Below, piece after piece: positions 8,807 through 18,851 of a stretch of DNA of 64,000 nucleotides. Origin of the DNA: a virus (taxonomy: Duplodnaviria; Caudoviricetes). Numbering within the stretch: position 1 is the first letter of the stretch; every line of letters starts with the position of its first letter. The notes beneath the pieces were generated by a model. The model saw only the letters and a list, made by a program, of their open reading frames with translations. It searched no databases and had not been told where the DNA came from. The position numbers were made by a program, and so were the translations under genes. The stretch covers positions 1-64,000 of the IMG/VR virus record IMGVR_UViG_3300006143_000333; one strand, 5' to 3'.

Positions 8807-9038
8807 ATGAGTAAAAACGACTATATCAGAAAATCAGCAAAAAAAATACCATTGGTGCAAATATTATTCTGTCATGCGCCCCGTTTCCATCGAAACACAT
8901 CCTAAAGATGGCATGATGGATTTAATCAACTATGACACCAGAACGGAAGTAAACGGGCGTATGGTATGGGCAGAAGTGTATTATAATAGGGAATTGTCAC
9001 AGAAGGAAATGGAAGATTTTGAGATGATCAGAGGATAG
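8807..9038 (+). pseudogene. DarA-related (defence against restriction, C-terminal-like) small protein, frameshifted in an A8 tract
   Basis: MSKNDYIRKSAKK, then in the shifted frame YHWCKYYSVMRPVSIETHPKDG...VYYNRELSQKEMEDFEM*; A7 at 8839-8846 would restore the frame. Confidence 0.55.
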
Positions 9039-9050
9039 GAGGCTATTGTA

Positions 9051-9734
9051 ATGGAAAAGAATATAAATGAAAAAATTATTGAAAAGATTAAAAAAGTGCT
9101 AGAATTGTCAAATAATAATCCGTCCATAGAAGAGGCAAAAAGCGCAGCATTAAAAGCACAAAAACTTATGGCAGAATATCATATTAGTATGATGGAAATT
9201 GAAGCAATAGAAGATACTGAAAATATTGTAGAAGAGAAAGTTAGTGTTGGAACAGGCAATAAGTGGAAATATACTTTATCTGCAATAGTGGCTAAAAATT
9301 TTAGATGTAAATATTTCTATTATGGGAAAAGCAGTGTTGTATTTTATGGATATGAAAATGATGTAGAAATAGCAGCAATGACGTTTAAAATGCTTTTCAA
9401 CATCGGCAATAAAGAATCTACTAAATATTATCAGAAGCAAAGACAAGAATATATAAATTGTAGCCGGCGTTTTGATGGAAGAGGCATTAAAAACGCTTTT
9501 CTCAATGGATATCTTTTAGGTATAAAAGAAGAATTAGAAAAGCAATGTACTGCACTCATGATAGTCATTCCAAAAGATGTAGAGGAAAAATACAAGGATA
9601 GAAGCTCTGATTTTCGTAGTTTCAGTAATAGTTTTCGCGTAAGAATAAATGATGAAGGGGAACGGGCAAAAGTTGAGGGAATACAGGTTGGAAAAAATAT
9701 GATTATGTCAAGAGGTATAGAAGCGACATGCTGA
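9051..9734 (+). CDS. DUF2786-domain protein
   Basis: IIEKIKKVLELS...EEAKSAALKAQKLMAEY N-terminal signature. Confidence 0.75.
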   Translation: MEKNINEKIIEKIKKVLELSNNNPSIEEAKSAALKAQKLMAEYHISMMEIEAIEDTENIVEEKVSVGTGNKWKYTLSAIVAKNFRCKYFYYGKSSVVFYGYENDVEIAAMTFKMLFNIGNKESTKYYQKQRQEYINCSRRFDGRGIKNAFLNGYLLGIKEELEKQCTALMIVIPKDVEEKYKDRSSDFRSFSNSFRVRINDEGERAKVEGIQVGKNMIMSRGIEATC

Positions 9735-9837
9735 TTTGACAATGAAAGAATCGTTTTATGTGTATGAAATAAGTATGAATAATTCTTGACATATGCGTAT
9801 AAAGTGTGTATAATCCATATATAAGGAGGAAACACTA

Positions 9838-10008
9838 TTGAAACAAAGAGACTTGATTAAAAAATTGGAAGCTGGTGGATTCATATTTGAACGGCATGGA
9901 AGCAATCATGATGTTTATGCGAGAGGAACAGAGAAAGAAGAAGTGCCAAGGCATAAAGAGATTGACGAACAATTAGCAAAAGCGATCATAAGGAGAAGGG
10001 GATTATAA
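9838..10008 (+). CDS. hicA: HicA family toxin (56 aa, TTG start, below ORF cutoff)
   Basis: MKQRDLIKKLEAGGFIFERHGSNHDVY...VPRHKEIDEQLAKAI; AGGAGG RBS; TTGACA/TATAAT promoter upstream. Confidence 0.9.
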   Translation: MKQRDLIKKLEAGGFIFERHGSNHDVYARGTEKEEVPRHKEIDEQLAKAIIRRRGL

Positions 10009-10063
10009 AATCCCTATCTCTTCAAGAATATAGAATATAAGTTCCTAGAAGGGAGAAAAGAAA

Positions 10064-10483
10064 ATGAAAAATATATACCCTGTGTTTTTTACAAAAACAG
10101 ATACGGTTATACTTGTGGAAGTTCCTGATCTGGAAATCTTGACAGAAGGGAAAGATATGGTAAATGCTGTTGAAATGGCAAGAGATGCCATAGAATTGAA
10201 ATGTGTATCAATGGAAGATGATGGAATGGAAATTCCTTTACCGTCTGAAATTAGTTCTTTAGATGTAAACAATGGAACTTTTGCAGAGGATGGAACAACG
10301 GTTATATCGTTGGTTGATATTGATTCCGGGGAGTATAGAAGGAAAATTGACACAAAAGCGGTTAGGAAAAATGTTACTATTCCTAGTTGGCTCAATTATG
10401 AGGCTGAACATGCTGGAATTAATATATCAAGAGTTTTACAGGAAGCATTAATGAATGTACTTAATGTACAACGGAATTTTTGA
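10064..10483 (+). CDS. hicB: HicB family antitoxin with C-terminal RHH
   Basis: YPVFF...VPDLEILTEG...AVRKNVTIPSWLN...SRVLQEAL. Confidence 0.9.
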   Translation: MKNIYPVFFTKTDTVILVEVPDLEILTEGKDMVNAVEMARDAIELKCVSMEDDGMEIPLPSEISSLDVNNGTFAEDGTTVISLVDIDSGEYRRKIDTKAVRKNVTIPSWLNYEAEHAGINISRVLQEALMNVLNVQRNF

Positions 10484-11094
10484 GTTTAATTGAATAAGAT
10501 TTTATAACCAGTCAGAAGGCATTAGCGGAAATATTCGTTAGTGCCTTTTATAGTGGTTATAAACGCCGAATAAATGGAGAAATAGAGAGTGGAAAGGATG
10601 GTTGATTATGAAACGAAAGACTTACAATAATGTTGTGAAAGCAACAAAAATGATTCAGAAAAAGGGGTATAGCCTTGATGAAGCTAATGAGATGGCTATT
10701 AGACTTTTTGATGAAAATACAAAAGAGATGAATAGTATTGAATTTTATATTGATAAGATTCAGGAAAAAATCATTACAGTAGCAGAAAGAATTGAAATAG
10801 GGAAAAGGAATCATCAAATAATCTCTATTTGCTTAAAGGATTATTATAATAGAGAAATAATTGGATTTTTTAAACATGAAGATGAGATTCCAAAGGAAAT
10901 TTTATCAAAGCCATCAGGTGGTGATTGGGATAGAGGTTTTGGACATTTAACTATTACAGTGAAATAAATATAAAACAGTCTTGAAACAATGGTTTTATTG
11001 GCAAATCAGTTTTATGATTTTCATAAAACGGTTGTAAATTAAAATAAATAGTTGTTTTTGTTCTTAAATATGGTATAATTGGAGGTGATAAAGA

Positions 11095-11487
11095 TTGGAG
11101 GTTGATGTTATGAGATATAAGGATAACGAACAACTTAAAGAATATATTCGTTTAATTATGAGGCATGAAAATATAACATATAAAGAACTTGGAGAAAAAA
11201 TTGGAACAAGTCAGCAAAATGTTTACAAAATGCTTAATAAAAATCAATTAAAATTTGACGATGTATTAAAGGTTTGTAACGCATTAGAATATAAATTTTC
11301 TATTAATATTGTCAAAGAAAATGGTGAGGGAGTAGAGTCAGAACCGTATATTCAAGCACTTTCTGCTATGGATGGATTAGAAGATATGCGTATGGAATTA
11401 GCGAAAATGAAAGAATCATATGAAAAAGTATTAGAACAAATAGAAGAAATAAACAACCAAAAAGATGACAAAAATAAAAAATATTAA
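11095..11487 (+). CDS. XRE-family HTH regulator
   Basis: ITYKELGEKIGTSQQNVYKML HTH. Confidence 0.8.
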   Translation: MEVDVMRYKDNEQLKEYIRLIMRHENITYKELGEKIGTSQQNVYKMLNKNQLKFDDVLKVCNALEYKFSINIVKENGEGVESEPYIQALSAMDGLEDMRMELAKMKESYEKVLEQIEEINNQKDDKNKKY

Positions 11488-11544
11488 AAAATACAACCAA
11501 ACAGTTGACAAATGCTTTTCGGTTTGCTATAATGTATTTGTAAA

Positions 11545-11652
11545 CAAAAAAGAGTAGCAAGTCGGAAAACTTACTACTCTTGGAATAGAAAGATAAGCTT
11601 TCTACTCATATCTAACCAATTTGAGTATACATCAAAAAGTCAATTCTTTCAA
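11545..11652 (-). ncRNA. Putative antisense RNA element A (minus-strand promoter plus terminator hairpin)
   Basis: Minus-strand TTGAAA(11652-47)-17-TATACT(11629-24); hairpin AAGAGTAG/CTACTCTT 11550-11581 with U-run on minus strand. Confidence 0.6.
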
Positions 11653-11805
11653 TGGGAACGTTCGTTCTCGTAAATTCCTATTTGTTTATATTGTACCTTG
11701 AAAATTTAATATCTTGTATTTATTGGGTACTTGGGAAAGAAGCCATGAAAAGCTGAAGCATCTAAAAGCTGATTAATACAAGAACGATGCAATAACAGAA
11801 AGGAA

Positions 11806-12531
11806 TTGATAGTAATGAATGAAGTTATTGTAAATGATTCCACTATCAAAATTAAAGAATGGAATAATCAAAGAGTTATTACATTTAATGATATTGATAG
11901 GACACATGAACGTCCAGAAGGTACGGCACATAGGAATTTTAAACAGAATAAAAAACATCTAATTGAAAATGAAGATTATTTTGTTTTAAAACCTTCAGAT
12001 GTTCAAAGGGACGAATTTCGTCCTTTAGGATTTGAAGATGAAAAACCAGCAAACAGAGGAACAACCTATTTAACAGAAAGCGGCTATTTACTTCTTGTTA
12101 AGTCATTCACGGATGATCTTGCATGGAAAGTACAACGGCAGTTAGTAAACAGTTACTTCAAATTTAAAGAAGTAGTTGAAAACTTACAACCAACGGAAAC
12201 CGGATTGAGTTTATCAGAAGGAAAATTTGTTGATGCTTTGGACACATTAACAACCTGTGCAGCCGTATTTCAAAACATGATTGATTATTCAACAATCAAT
12301 TATAAGCAGCAACAGGATTTGTTACAGACTGCTAGAAAGCGTGTAAATAACCTTTTAGGCGGTGCGCACAGTCCAGAGTATAAAGAGTATTCCAGAATCT
12401 ATTTTAAGAATCTGTGGCAGGATTTTTGTAAAGCGTTTGAATGTGGTTCATATAAAGATTTAAACCCTTTATATATGGCAGACGATACGGCTAAAAAGTG
12501 GATTCAGAATTGGGAATACACGGAAAATTAA
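11806..12531 (+). CDS. ORF6N-domain phage antirepressor-like protein
   Basis: IKEWNNQRVITFNDIDRTHERPEGTA...LTESGYLLLVKSFTDDLAWKVQRQLVNSYF. Confidence 0.85.
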   Translation: MIVMNEVIVNDSTIKIKEWNNQRVITFNDIDRTHERPEGTAHRNFKQNKKHLIENEDYFVLKPSDVQRDEFRPLGFEDEKPANRGTTYLTESGYLLLVKSFTDDLAWKVQRQLVNSYFKFKEVVENLQPTETGLSLSEGKFVDALDTLTTCAAVFQNMIDYSTINYKQQQDLLQTARKRVNNLLGGAHSPEYKEYSRIYFKNLWQDFCKAFECGSYKDLNPLYMADDTAKKWIQNWEYTEN

Positions 12532-12648
12532 AACAGGTCTTCTTATATACACAGGGCTTACACTTGTCAAAGGGTGTGAGCCTTTTTCAAAAAGAGAATA
12601 TATAAACATGGAAATTTTACTAAATTTAAGGAAAGGATGGAATAAGTT

Positions 12649-13053
12649 ATGGAAGAAATTAAAAACAAAAAATTGGAGAAATTATTAGTTGATGCGGAAA
12701 AATTAGATTGGAGCTATACAATTTATCAGGAACCGGAAGGAAATTATGGCGGATGGCATTGCAACGAAAGAAATTATGTTGAATTAGAAAAGCATTCACC
12801 GGCAGGAGAAGATTTCAGCATGATTATTGATTTTGATATGGAAAATCCTATTGATTCTTTCTTGGAAAATCTGAAAGAATATTCAGATGATTTTGATATT
12901 GATGAACATGTTGAAATGTGGATTCCAGAAAGAGGAAAAGGCGGTTGTCCTGACAGCATAAGAGAATTAGTAGAAGATGCGGAAGATATTAAGGAAATGA
13001 TATTTGAATTATGGGATGCTTTATGTGCTGAAATGACAATTCCGTTGTTTTGA
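12649..13053 (+). CDS. Hypothetical acidic phage protein
   Basis: ORF with RBS. Confidence 0.6.
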   Translation: MEEIKNKKLEKLLVDAEKLDWSYTIYQEPEGNYGGWHCNERNYVELEKHSPAGEDFSMIIDFDMENPIDSFLENLKEYSDDFDIDEHVEMWIPERGKGGCPDSIRELVEDAEDIKEMIFELWDALCAEMTIPLF

Positions 13054-13066
13054 TGAAGAAAATAAT

Positions 13067-13178
13067 AAAAGTATTCCAGAAGGAAACAACTGGATAGTGG
13101 GTAAGGTTCGTACCCATTACACCCTAAAAAGGCTGTATAAATGGCAAAAATGCCAATAAATTAATGATTTTAAGTGGA
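13067..13178 (+). other. Orphan homolog of the tnpB 3' end (omegaRNA-like segment)
   Basis: Aligns to 34867-34986: AAAAGTA, GGATAG(T/A)GGGT, AGGTT, ATAAATGG(C/T)A(A/G)AAATGCCAAT, TTTTAAGTGGA. Confidence 0.6.
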
Positions 13179-13472
13179 GAAATGGAGAAAAAATTATGGA
13201 AAAGAAATATACAATAAAATCTGTTAGCGATGAGGGAGTTTATTATCTTGTGAACGGATGGAATAAATGTAAAACTTTTTGGTTTTCTGAAGAAAGCGTT
13301 TTGAAAGATGTGGAAAATGCTAAACGGTTTTTCTTTAATAAACCATCACAGGCAAAGGCAAGTCTTACAAAACTTTTGAAGGTTATGGAAGATTATAGGA
13401 ATGATATTTTTGAGGTAGTAGAGTTTTAGTCAATGAAAACACAATTCTAAGTAAAGAAAGAGAGAAAATAAA

Positions 13473-14273
13473 ATGATTAGAAGAGAAGATATTATTCAGG
13501 AACTTACAAACAGAGATTATAAAGTAGAAGCGCACACAAGCATTAAAAACGGTGTAGAATTTGACGGAATCCGCTTTATGAATGATGACGGGATCTGTCC
13601 TGTAATCTACACAGATGAAATCATAGCTGATTCTGAATCACTTTCTGAAGCGGTTGAAAAGGCAATAGATATCTACAATAATGCTGATATTATGGATTTT
13701 AATAAAGATAACTTGCTTGATTCTGACTTTATTATGGGAAACCTTTATATTGGAATACAGAAGACAAGCACAGAAAATATTGTAAGGTCAGATACGGATT
13801 TTGAATGTATTGAGAAGTATCTATATGTAAAAATGAATGAAAATGCTTCTTTTAAGCTAACATATGGATTGTTGGAAACATTAAAGATCAGTCAAGAGGA
13901 AGCATGGAAAGCAGCGGAAATTATTACTTTTGCAAAGACTGAGATTGTATCTATGTCGGAAAAATTGTCTGAATTAATGGGACAGGAAATTGAAGAAATG
14001 GAAGGTGTTCCAATTCAGTACATAGTTACTAATACTATGAATTTTAGAGGAGCGTCCGCAATTCTGGATGGAAAAGCATTAAAGAAGTTGGCAGAGAGAT
14101 TAAGTGTACAAAGATTTTATGTATTACCAAGTTCTATTCATGAAATGATTATTATTCCTGATGATGGAAAATGTAATATTGAAGAATTAAGTAGGATGGT
14201 ACAGGAAGTAAATCAGACACAGGTAGAACCAGAAGAAAGATTAACGGATCAGGCATATATTATTGAGGTCTGA
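13473..14273 (+). CDS. DUF5688-family protein
   Basis: GASAIL...FYVLPSSIHEMIIIP...MVQEVN...EERLTD. Confidence 0.75.
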   Translation: MIRREDIIQELTNRDYKVEAHTSIKNGVEFDGIRFMNDDGICPVIYTDEIIADSESLSEAVEKAIDIYNNADIMDFNKDNLLDSDFIMGNLYIGIQKTSTENIVRSDTDFECIEKYLYVKMNENASFKLTYGLLETLKISQEEAWKAAEIITFAKTEIVSMSEKLSELMGQEIEEMEGVPIQYIVTNTMNFRGASAILDGKALKKLAERLSVQRFYVLPSSIHEMIIIPDDGKCNIEELSRMVQEVNQTQVEPEERLTDQAYIIEV

Positions 14274-14802
14274 AAATCAGGATTTTATCAGAGAAAGAGA
14301 GGTATTATTTATGTTTGACACTAAAGTTACTACAAGTTATGCAAATGGAACGATTTTTCAAATGGATGCAAATGACGCATTAAATTTTTTAGTAGGGTTA
14401 TCAATTACTGTTATTAACACCGTAAGAGATACCATTGAGGAAGAAAATAAATTTGGTGATAAGGTTACAAAGAGTTGTGATCATGATGTTATGCATCTGA
14501 TTGAGCATTACAATTCGGGTATACCAGAAGCGGTTTATTCTTGTATTCTTCAAACAAATGCAGATATTTTATTGAAATTTGTGCAGGATGTTGTCTTGAA
14601 TGAGACTACAAGAGGATTGTATCTTTTTTATCATAAGTCGAACTATAGAAATGGCGCAGCTCCTTACGATCTTGTTATTAAAGCTCTTGAAGACGTGCAT
14701 CAGTATTACATGGTGTACGGAAATGATAATTATAAAAGAAACAAGAGCAATTATTTTAATAGGTATAATGAGGAATTTATGGAATTGATAAATAGGCAAT
14801 AG
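14263..14802 (+). CDS. Hypothetical protein between boundary sites 14272 and 14800
   Basis: Likely start at MFDTKV (14311); stop codon forms the left arm of site 14800. Confidence 0.6.
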   Translation: MRSENQDFIREREVLFMFDTKVTTSYANGTIFQMDANDALNFLVGLSITVINTVRDTIEEENKFGDKVTKSCDHDVMHLIEHYNSGIPEAVYSCILQTNADILLKFVQDVVLNETTRGLYLFYHKSNYRNGAAPYDLVIKALEDVHQYYMVYGNDNYKRNKSNYFNRYNEEFMELINRQ

Positions 14803-15278
14803 ACTCGGAATTTCATCCAGACAGAACGGAGGACATTAAAAATGAGTAATTTTGAGAAATCTGCAAGAAAAATTGTTGAAAAACACGGATGCACATTTAT
14901 TAAAATGGTTGGTGAATGTAGGGTTTTGTGGAAAAATAAATACGGATATGAATCTATAGACGATATATTTGTCTTAAATAATATGTGTGATAGTGCTTGG
15001 GAATTTTGGAGCAATTATAATCCAGTATGATTTAGTATAAAGCACTTGAAATCGTTTTTTAGAAAGAAAATGGAGGATATTAATATGAAGACAAAAAGAT
15101 TAACGGAGATCGCTAAAAAGGTTTATTTTTCAGGATCAGGTCATATAGATTGGAATGAAGTTGAAGCAGAATATGGATTATCAAAAATGGAACTCAATCA
15201 TGTAATAAGTATAATCAGAAATTGGAACAGAAGATAGCGGTTGAAACTCGTATTTCAAGACAGGAAGGATAGGGAAAT

Positions 15279-15722
15279 ATGGCAATTTTGATAGATAAAC
15301 GTATACAAAAGTATGTAGAAGGCTGTTTATATGAAGAAAATGGAAAAACTATCAGTGTCCATTTAAAAGATATTGATGAAACATTTTGGTTTGATAATGA
15401 AATAGCAGCACAAAATTTCTTAAACAAGCAGGCTATTGAACGTATTGGAGATCCAGAACTAAGGACGAATTCTTTTGATTATACAGATGAAGAAGAATTG
15501 TTACATAGATATTTGCTTGTTGGAGTGAATAAGAAAGGTAAAATTATTTCTTATCTGGAAGAAATAGTAAATGAGTTTACAGAGGCACAGTTATATGAAG
15601 AATATGGTTATCTGATGGCTCAGGAGCATGAAAAAGATACAGAATTACTTATGGACATTATGAAGTGTAATGGTCTTGATGTAGAAGATAAAAATGGAAA
15701 ATATTATGTAATTAATAAATGA
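15279..15722 (+). CDS. Hypothetical protein
   Basis: ORF after boundary site 15242. Confidence 0.6.
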   Translation: MAILIDKRIQKYVEGCLYEENGKTISVHLKDIDETFWFDNEIAAQNFLNKQAIERIGDPELRTNSFDYTDEEELLHRYLLVGVNKKGKIISYLEEIVNEFTEAQLYEEYGYLMAQEHEKDTELLMDIMKCNGLDVEDKNGKYYVINK

Positions 15723-15990
15723 TTGGAGGAATCAAATGAGCAAAGATATTTCAACAGAATACACAAAAGAAAAAAATGAAAAATGTGGAAGAAAAGGATA
15801 TTGTGGCTTTAAGAGAGAAAAAGTAACAGTTATAAGCCCTAAAGAATACGGAATGTTTTTACAAAAAAGGAGACATTGAGTTAATATGGTTGATGAAATT
15901 CGCATTTCAACCGTTAAAAATATAATGAAAAAAATAGAAAAGTATTTGGAGAAATATAATCCAGATACTTTTTATTATGGAGGAAAATAT

Positions 15991-17586
15991 ATGTTACCAA
16001 AAGAATTTTACCCTACACCAAAAGAATTATTGGACAAAATTACAGAAGGTATAGATTGGAAACAACTTCAATCAGTGTTAGAGCCGTCTGCTGGAAAAGG
16101 CGATATTGCAGATTATGTAAAAGAGAAATATAAAAATGAAACATGGAATTGTGGTTTAGATGTTGATTGTATAGAAATTGATGATACTCTTTGCCAAACA
16201 CTTAAAGGAAAAGAACTTAGAGTTGTACATAATGATTTTTTGACGTTTAACACTTTCAAACATTATGATTTAATTATCATGAATCCACCATTTAGCGATG
16301 GAGCAAAACATCTTTTACATGCGTTATCGCTTCAAAAAGATAATTTTGGAATTATTTGCATTTTAAATGCAGAAACGATTAGAAATCCATATACAAATGA
16401 AAGAAAAGATCTTGTGGAAAGATTGGAAAAGATGAATGCAGAAATTGAGTATATGGAAGGACAATTTTTATCAGCAGAACGTCCAACTGGTGTAGAAATA
16501 GCAGTTATAAAAGTTTTTGTACCAGAAGAAGAAAGGGTAAGTTATATTTTTGAGGATTTAAAGAAACAGTCATATCAGGAAAATATATATGAAGAAGTAA
16601 CCGATTTAGCACCAAATGATTTTATTAAAGCTATTGTACAGAAGTATAATATCGAAGTAGAAGCTGGGATAAAACTTATTATGGAGTATAAGGCAATGGT
16701 TCCACACATATTACAAGACTTAAAGGACAGTTCTTATAATAAGCCGATATTGGAAATGAAAATTCGTGATAGAGAACTTTCAACTAATGCGTTTGTTAAA
16801 GAAGTCAGACGTAAATATTGGACTGCATTATTCAGTAATCCTAAGTTTACTGGAAAAATGACTTCAAATTTAGCGAATAAATATCATAATCAGGTTGCAG
16901 AACTTACAAATTATGATTTTTCTGAATATAATATTCGGACAATTCAAATTGAAATGAGTAAAAATCTGGTAAGAGGAATAGAAGATTGTATTATTGAATT
17001 GTTTGATAAATTATCTCATCAATACGCATATAGTGATGAACTTTCAAACAATATTCATTACTATAATGGTTGGAAGACAAATAAAGCGTGGTATATAAAT
17101 AAAAAGGTTATTTTGCCATACATGAATGCCTTTAACAGTTGGAGTGGAAAGTTTGATCCTAATTATCAGGTGAAATCACAACTTGCAGATATTGAAAAAG
17201 CATTGAATTACTTAGACGGTGGATTGACGGATGGAAGGGATATGGAACTGTGGCTGAGACACGCAGCAGAAACAGGTCAAACACGAAAAATACAACTTAA
17301 ATATTTTTATGTAACATTTTATAAAAAAGGAACCTGTCATATTGAGTTTATCAATGAAGATCTTTTAAAGAAATTAAATATTTTTGGAAGCCAACAGAAA
17401 AAATGGTTGCCTCCTGGATATGGAAAAAAGAAATATAATGAGATGCAACCAGAAGAAAAAGCGGTTATTGATGAATTTGAAGGAAAAGCAAAATATGAAG
17501 AAACACTGAAGAATCAGGATTATTTTATTTATAATCCAATGAATTCTATTCAGTGTTTAGAGATGAATGCAGAAGAAATTGCATAA
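15991..17586 (+). CDS. Adenine DNA methyltransferase-like protein with DUF4942-type C-terminus (start corrected from 15886)
   Basis: FYPTP, VLEPSAGKG (motif I), IIMNPPF (motif IV), YFYVTFYKKGTCHIEF; GGAGG RBS. Confidence 0.8.
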   Translation: MLPKEFYPTPKELLDKITEGIDWKQLQSVLEPSAGKGDIADYVKEKYKNETWNCGLDVDCIEIDDTLCQTLKGKELRVVHNDFLTFNTFKHYDLIIMNPPFSDGAKHLLHALSLQKDNFGIICILNAETIRNPYTNERKDLVERLEKMNAEIEYMEGQFLSAERPTGVEIAVIKVFVPEEERVSYIFEDLKKQSYQENIYEEVTDLAPNDFIKAIVQKYNIEVEAGIKLIMEYKAMVPHILQDLKDSSYNKPILEMKIRDRELSTNAFVKEVRRKYWTALFSNPKFTGKMTSNLANKYHNQVAELTNYDFSEYNIRTIQIEMSKNLVRGIEDCIIELFDKLSHQYAYSDELSNNIHYYNGWKTNKAWYINKKVILPYMNAFNSWSGKFDPNYQVKSQLADIEKALNYLDGGLTDGRDMELWLRHAAETGQTRKIQLKYFYVTFYKKGTCHIEFINEDLLKKLNIFGSQQKKWLPPGYGKKKYNEMQPEEKAVIDEFEGKAKYEETLKNQDYFIYNPMNSIQCLEMNAEEIA

Positions 17587-17661
17587 CAAGCAATGAGATG
17601 TGAGCAATGAAATGTACCTTTTAAGACAATAAAATAGAAAAAGAAACAGAGAGGAAATAAT

Positions 17662-18275
17662 ATGTGTAAAGAAATAAATGTAATTAACAAAGCGGAAAAG
17701 GATTTGAATATCACAGTCAATAATGTAGATAGAAATATTCAGATTATAATCAACACAAAGAAAACAAATATTGATTTACTTGTATTAAAAGCAGGAGAAA
17801 CATTCAAGGTAAATAATGTCGAATACATAGTATTAGAACAGCTTGACGGAAATCAGACGGCAGTTATCAGAAAAGAATTAATAGAAGATGAGATGGAATT
17901 TGATTCTGACAATAATGATTGGAGGACAAGCAGTATTAAAAAATTTTTAAATGGAGAGTATCTAGAAGAAATTGAAAATGTATTTGGGAAAGATAGAATC
18001 GTAGAACATGTAGTAGATTTGTTATCTTTGGATGGTTTAGACGATTATGGGACAAGTATAGATAAAGTAAGTTTATTGTCGATTGATCAGTATCGGAAAT
18101 ATAGAAAAGTGCTTGGTGAAAATACAGATAATCCATGGTGGTTAATTACACCAGATTCAACGTCTTCAGGAAAATCGTCCCGCTATGTTCGGTACGTCCG
18201 CTCCGATGGCTGTGTGGACTTTAGCGACTGTGGCTGTGACGGGGTGTGCGTCCGTTTTTTATCATTCAATCTTGA
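17662..18275 (+). pseudogene. Second (remote) DGR target gene, paralog of 50808-51578, frameshifted within its VR
   Basis: Shares LSLDGLDDYG / WWLITP / RYV..V.SDG motifs with target 1; shifted frame ends GVRPFFIIQS* at 18275 vs GVRPFFILQS*. Confidence 0.8.
18178..18256 (+). repeat. DGR variable repeat VR2
   Basis: Aligns to TR 52070-52152; over the first 57 nt 13 differences at TR adenines and 4 at third-position C/T; net 4-nt deletion near the 3' end. Confidence 0.8.
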
Positions 18276-18851
18276 GCGGAGCGATAGATTGTTGTATCTT
18301 AAATCATTGAATCTTGCGAGAGAGTGGATGTTAGCTAGAAAATATACTCTGCGTAGCGGTGTTGTAAATTATAAATCATCAGACAAATTTTGTTCTGGTG
18401 ATTTTTTGATGGGAGAATAAAAAATGAGCAATAATAAAGAAACATATACTATAAAAGAAAGATTTGAGTGTTTAAATAAGAAAATGGTAATTGTTAAAGT
18501 TGATAATAAGGCTTGCTGTGTAATGATGCAAGAAGAGCATGATAAGATTATGTATGCGTATAAGAAAAATCAAAGGCAAAAATAGAAAATATATTGAAAA
18601 ATGTAGAAAATTAGCTTAAAATAGAAAATGGAGGATGTAGTAAATATGATTATATTTATTTTGTTAATAGTTTTAGCAATTATTATTGTTGCGAGTAGTT
18701 CAAAAGAAAGAAAAGTTATGAGTGATGTTAATCACATTGCACGGGATAATGAGAAGGTTATGTGGAAAGAAATTGAAAAAACAATGAGAGATGGAAAAAG
18801 TGATAAAAAAGTAACTGGATAAACTTGTTTTTTAATACATTGGAGGTTTAT

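Noticed and set aside
15047-15062. Weak boundary-site candidates (also near 7940, 13029, 29023, 59268)
   Set aside because: Wrong spacer length or several arm mismatches; not counted
18276-18420. C-terminal tail of ORF 17662-18420
   Set aside because: Read-through caused by the frameshift in VR2; the homologous stop is at 18273-18275
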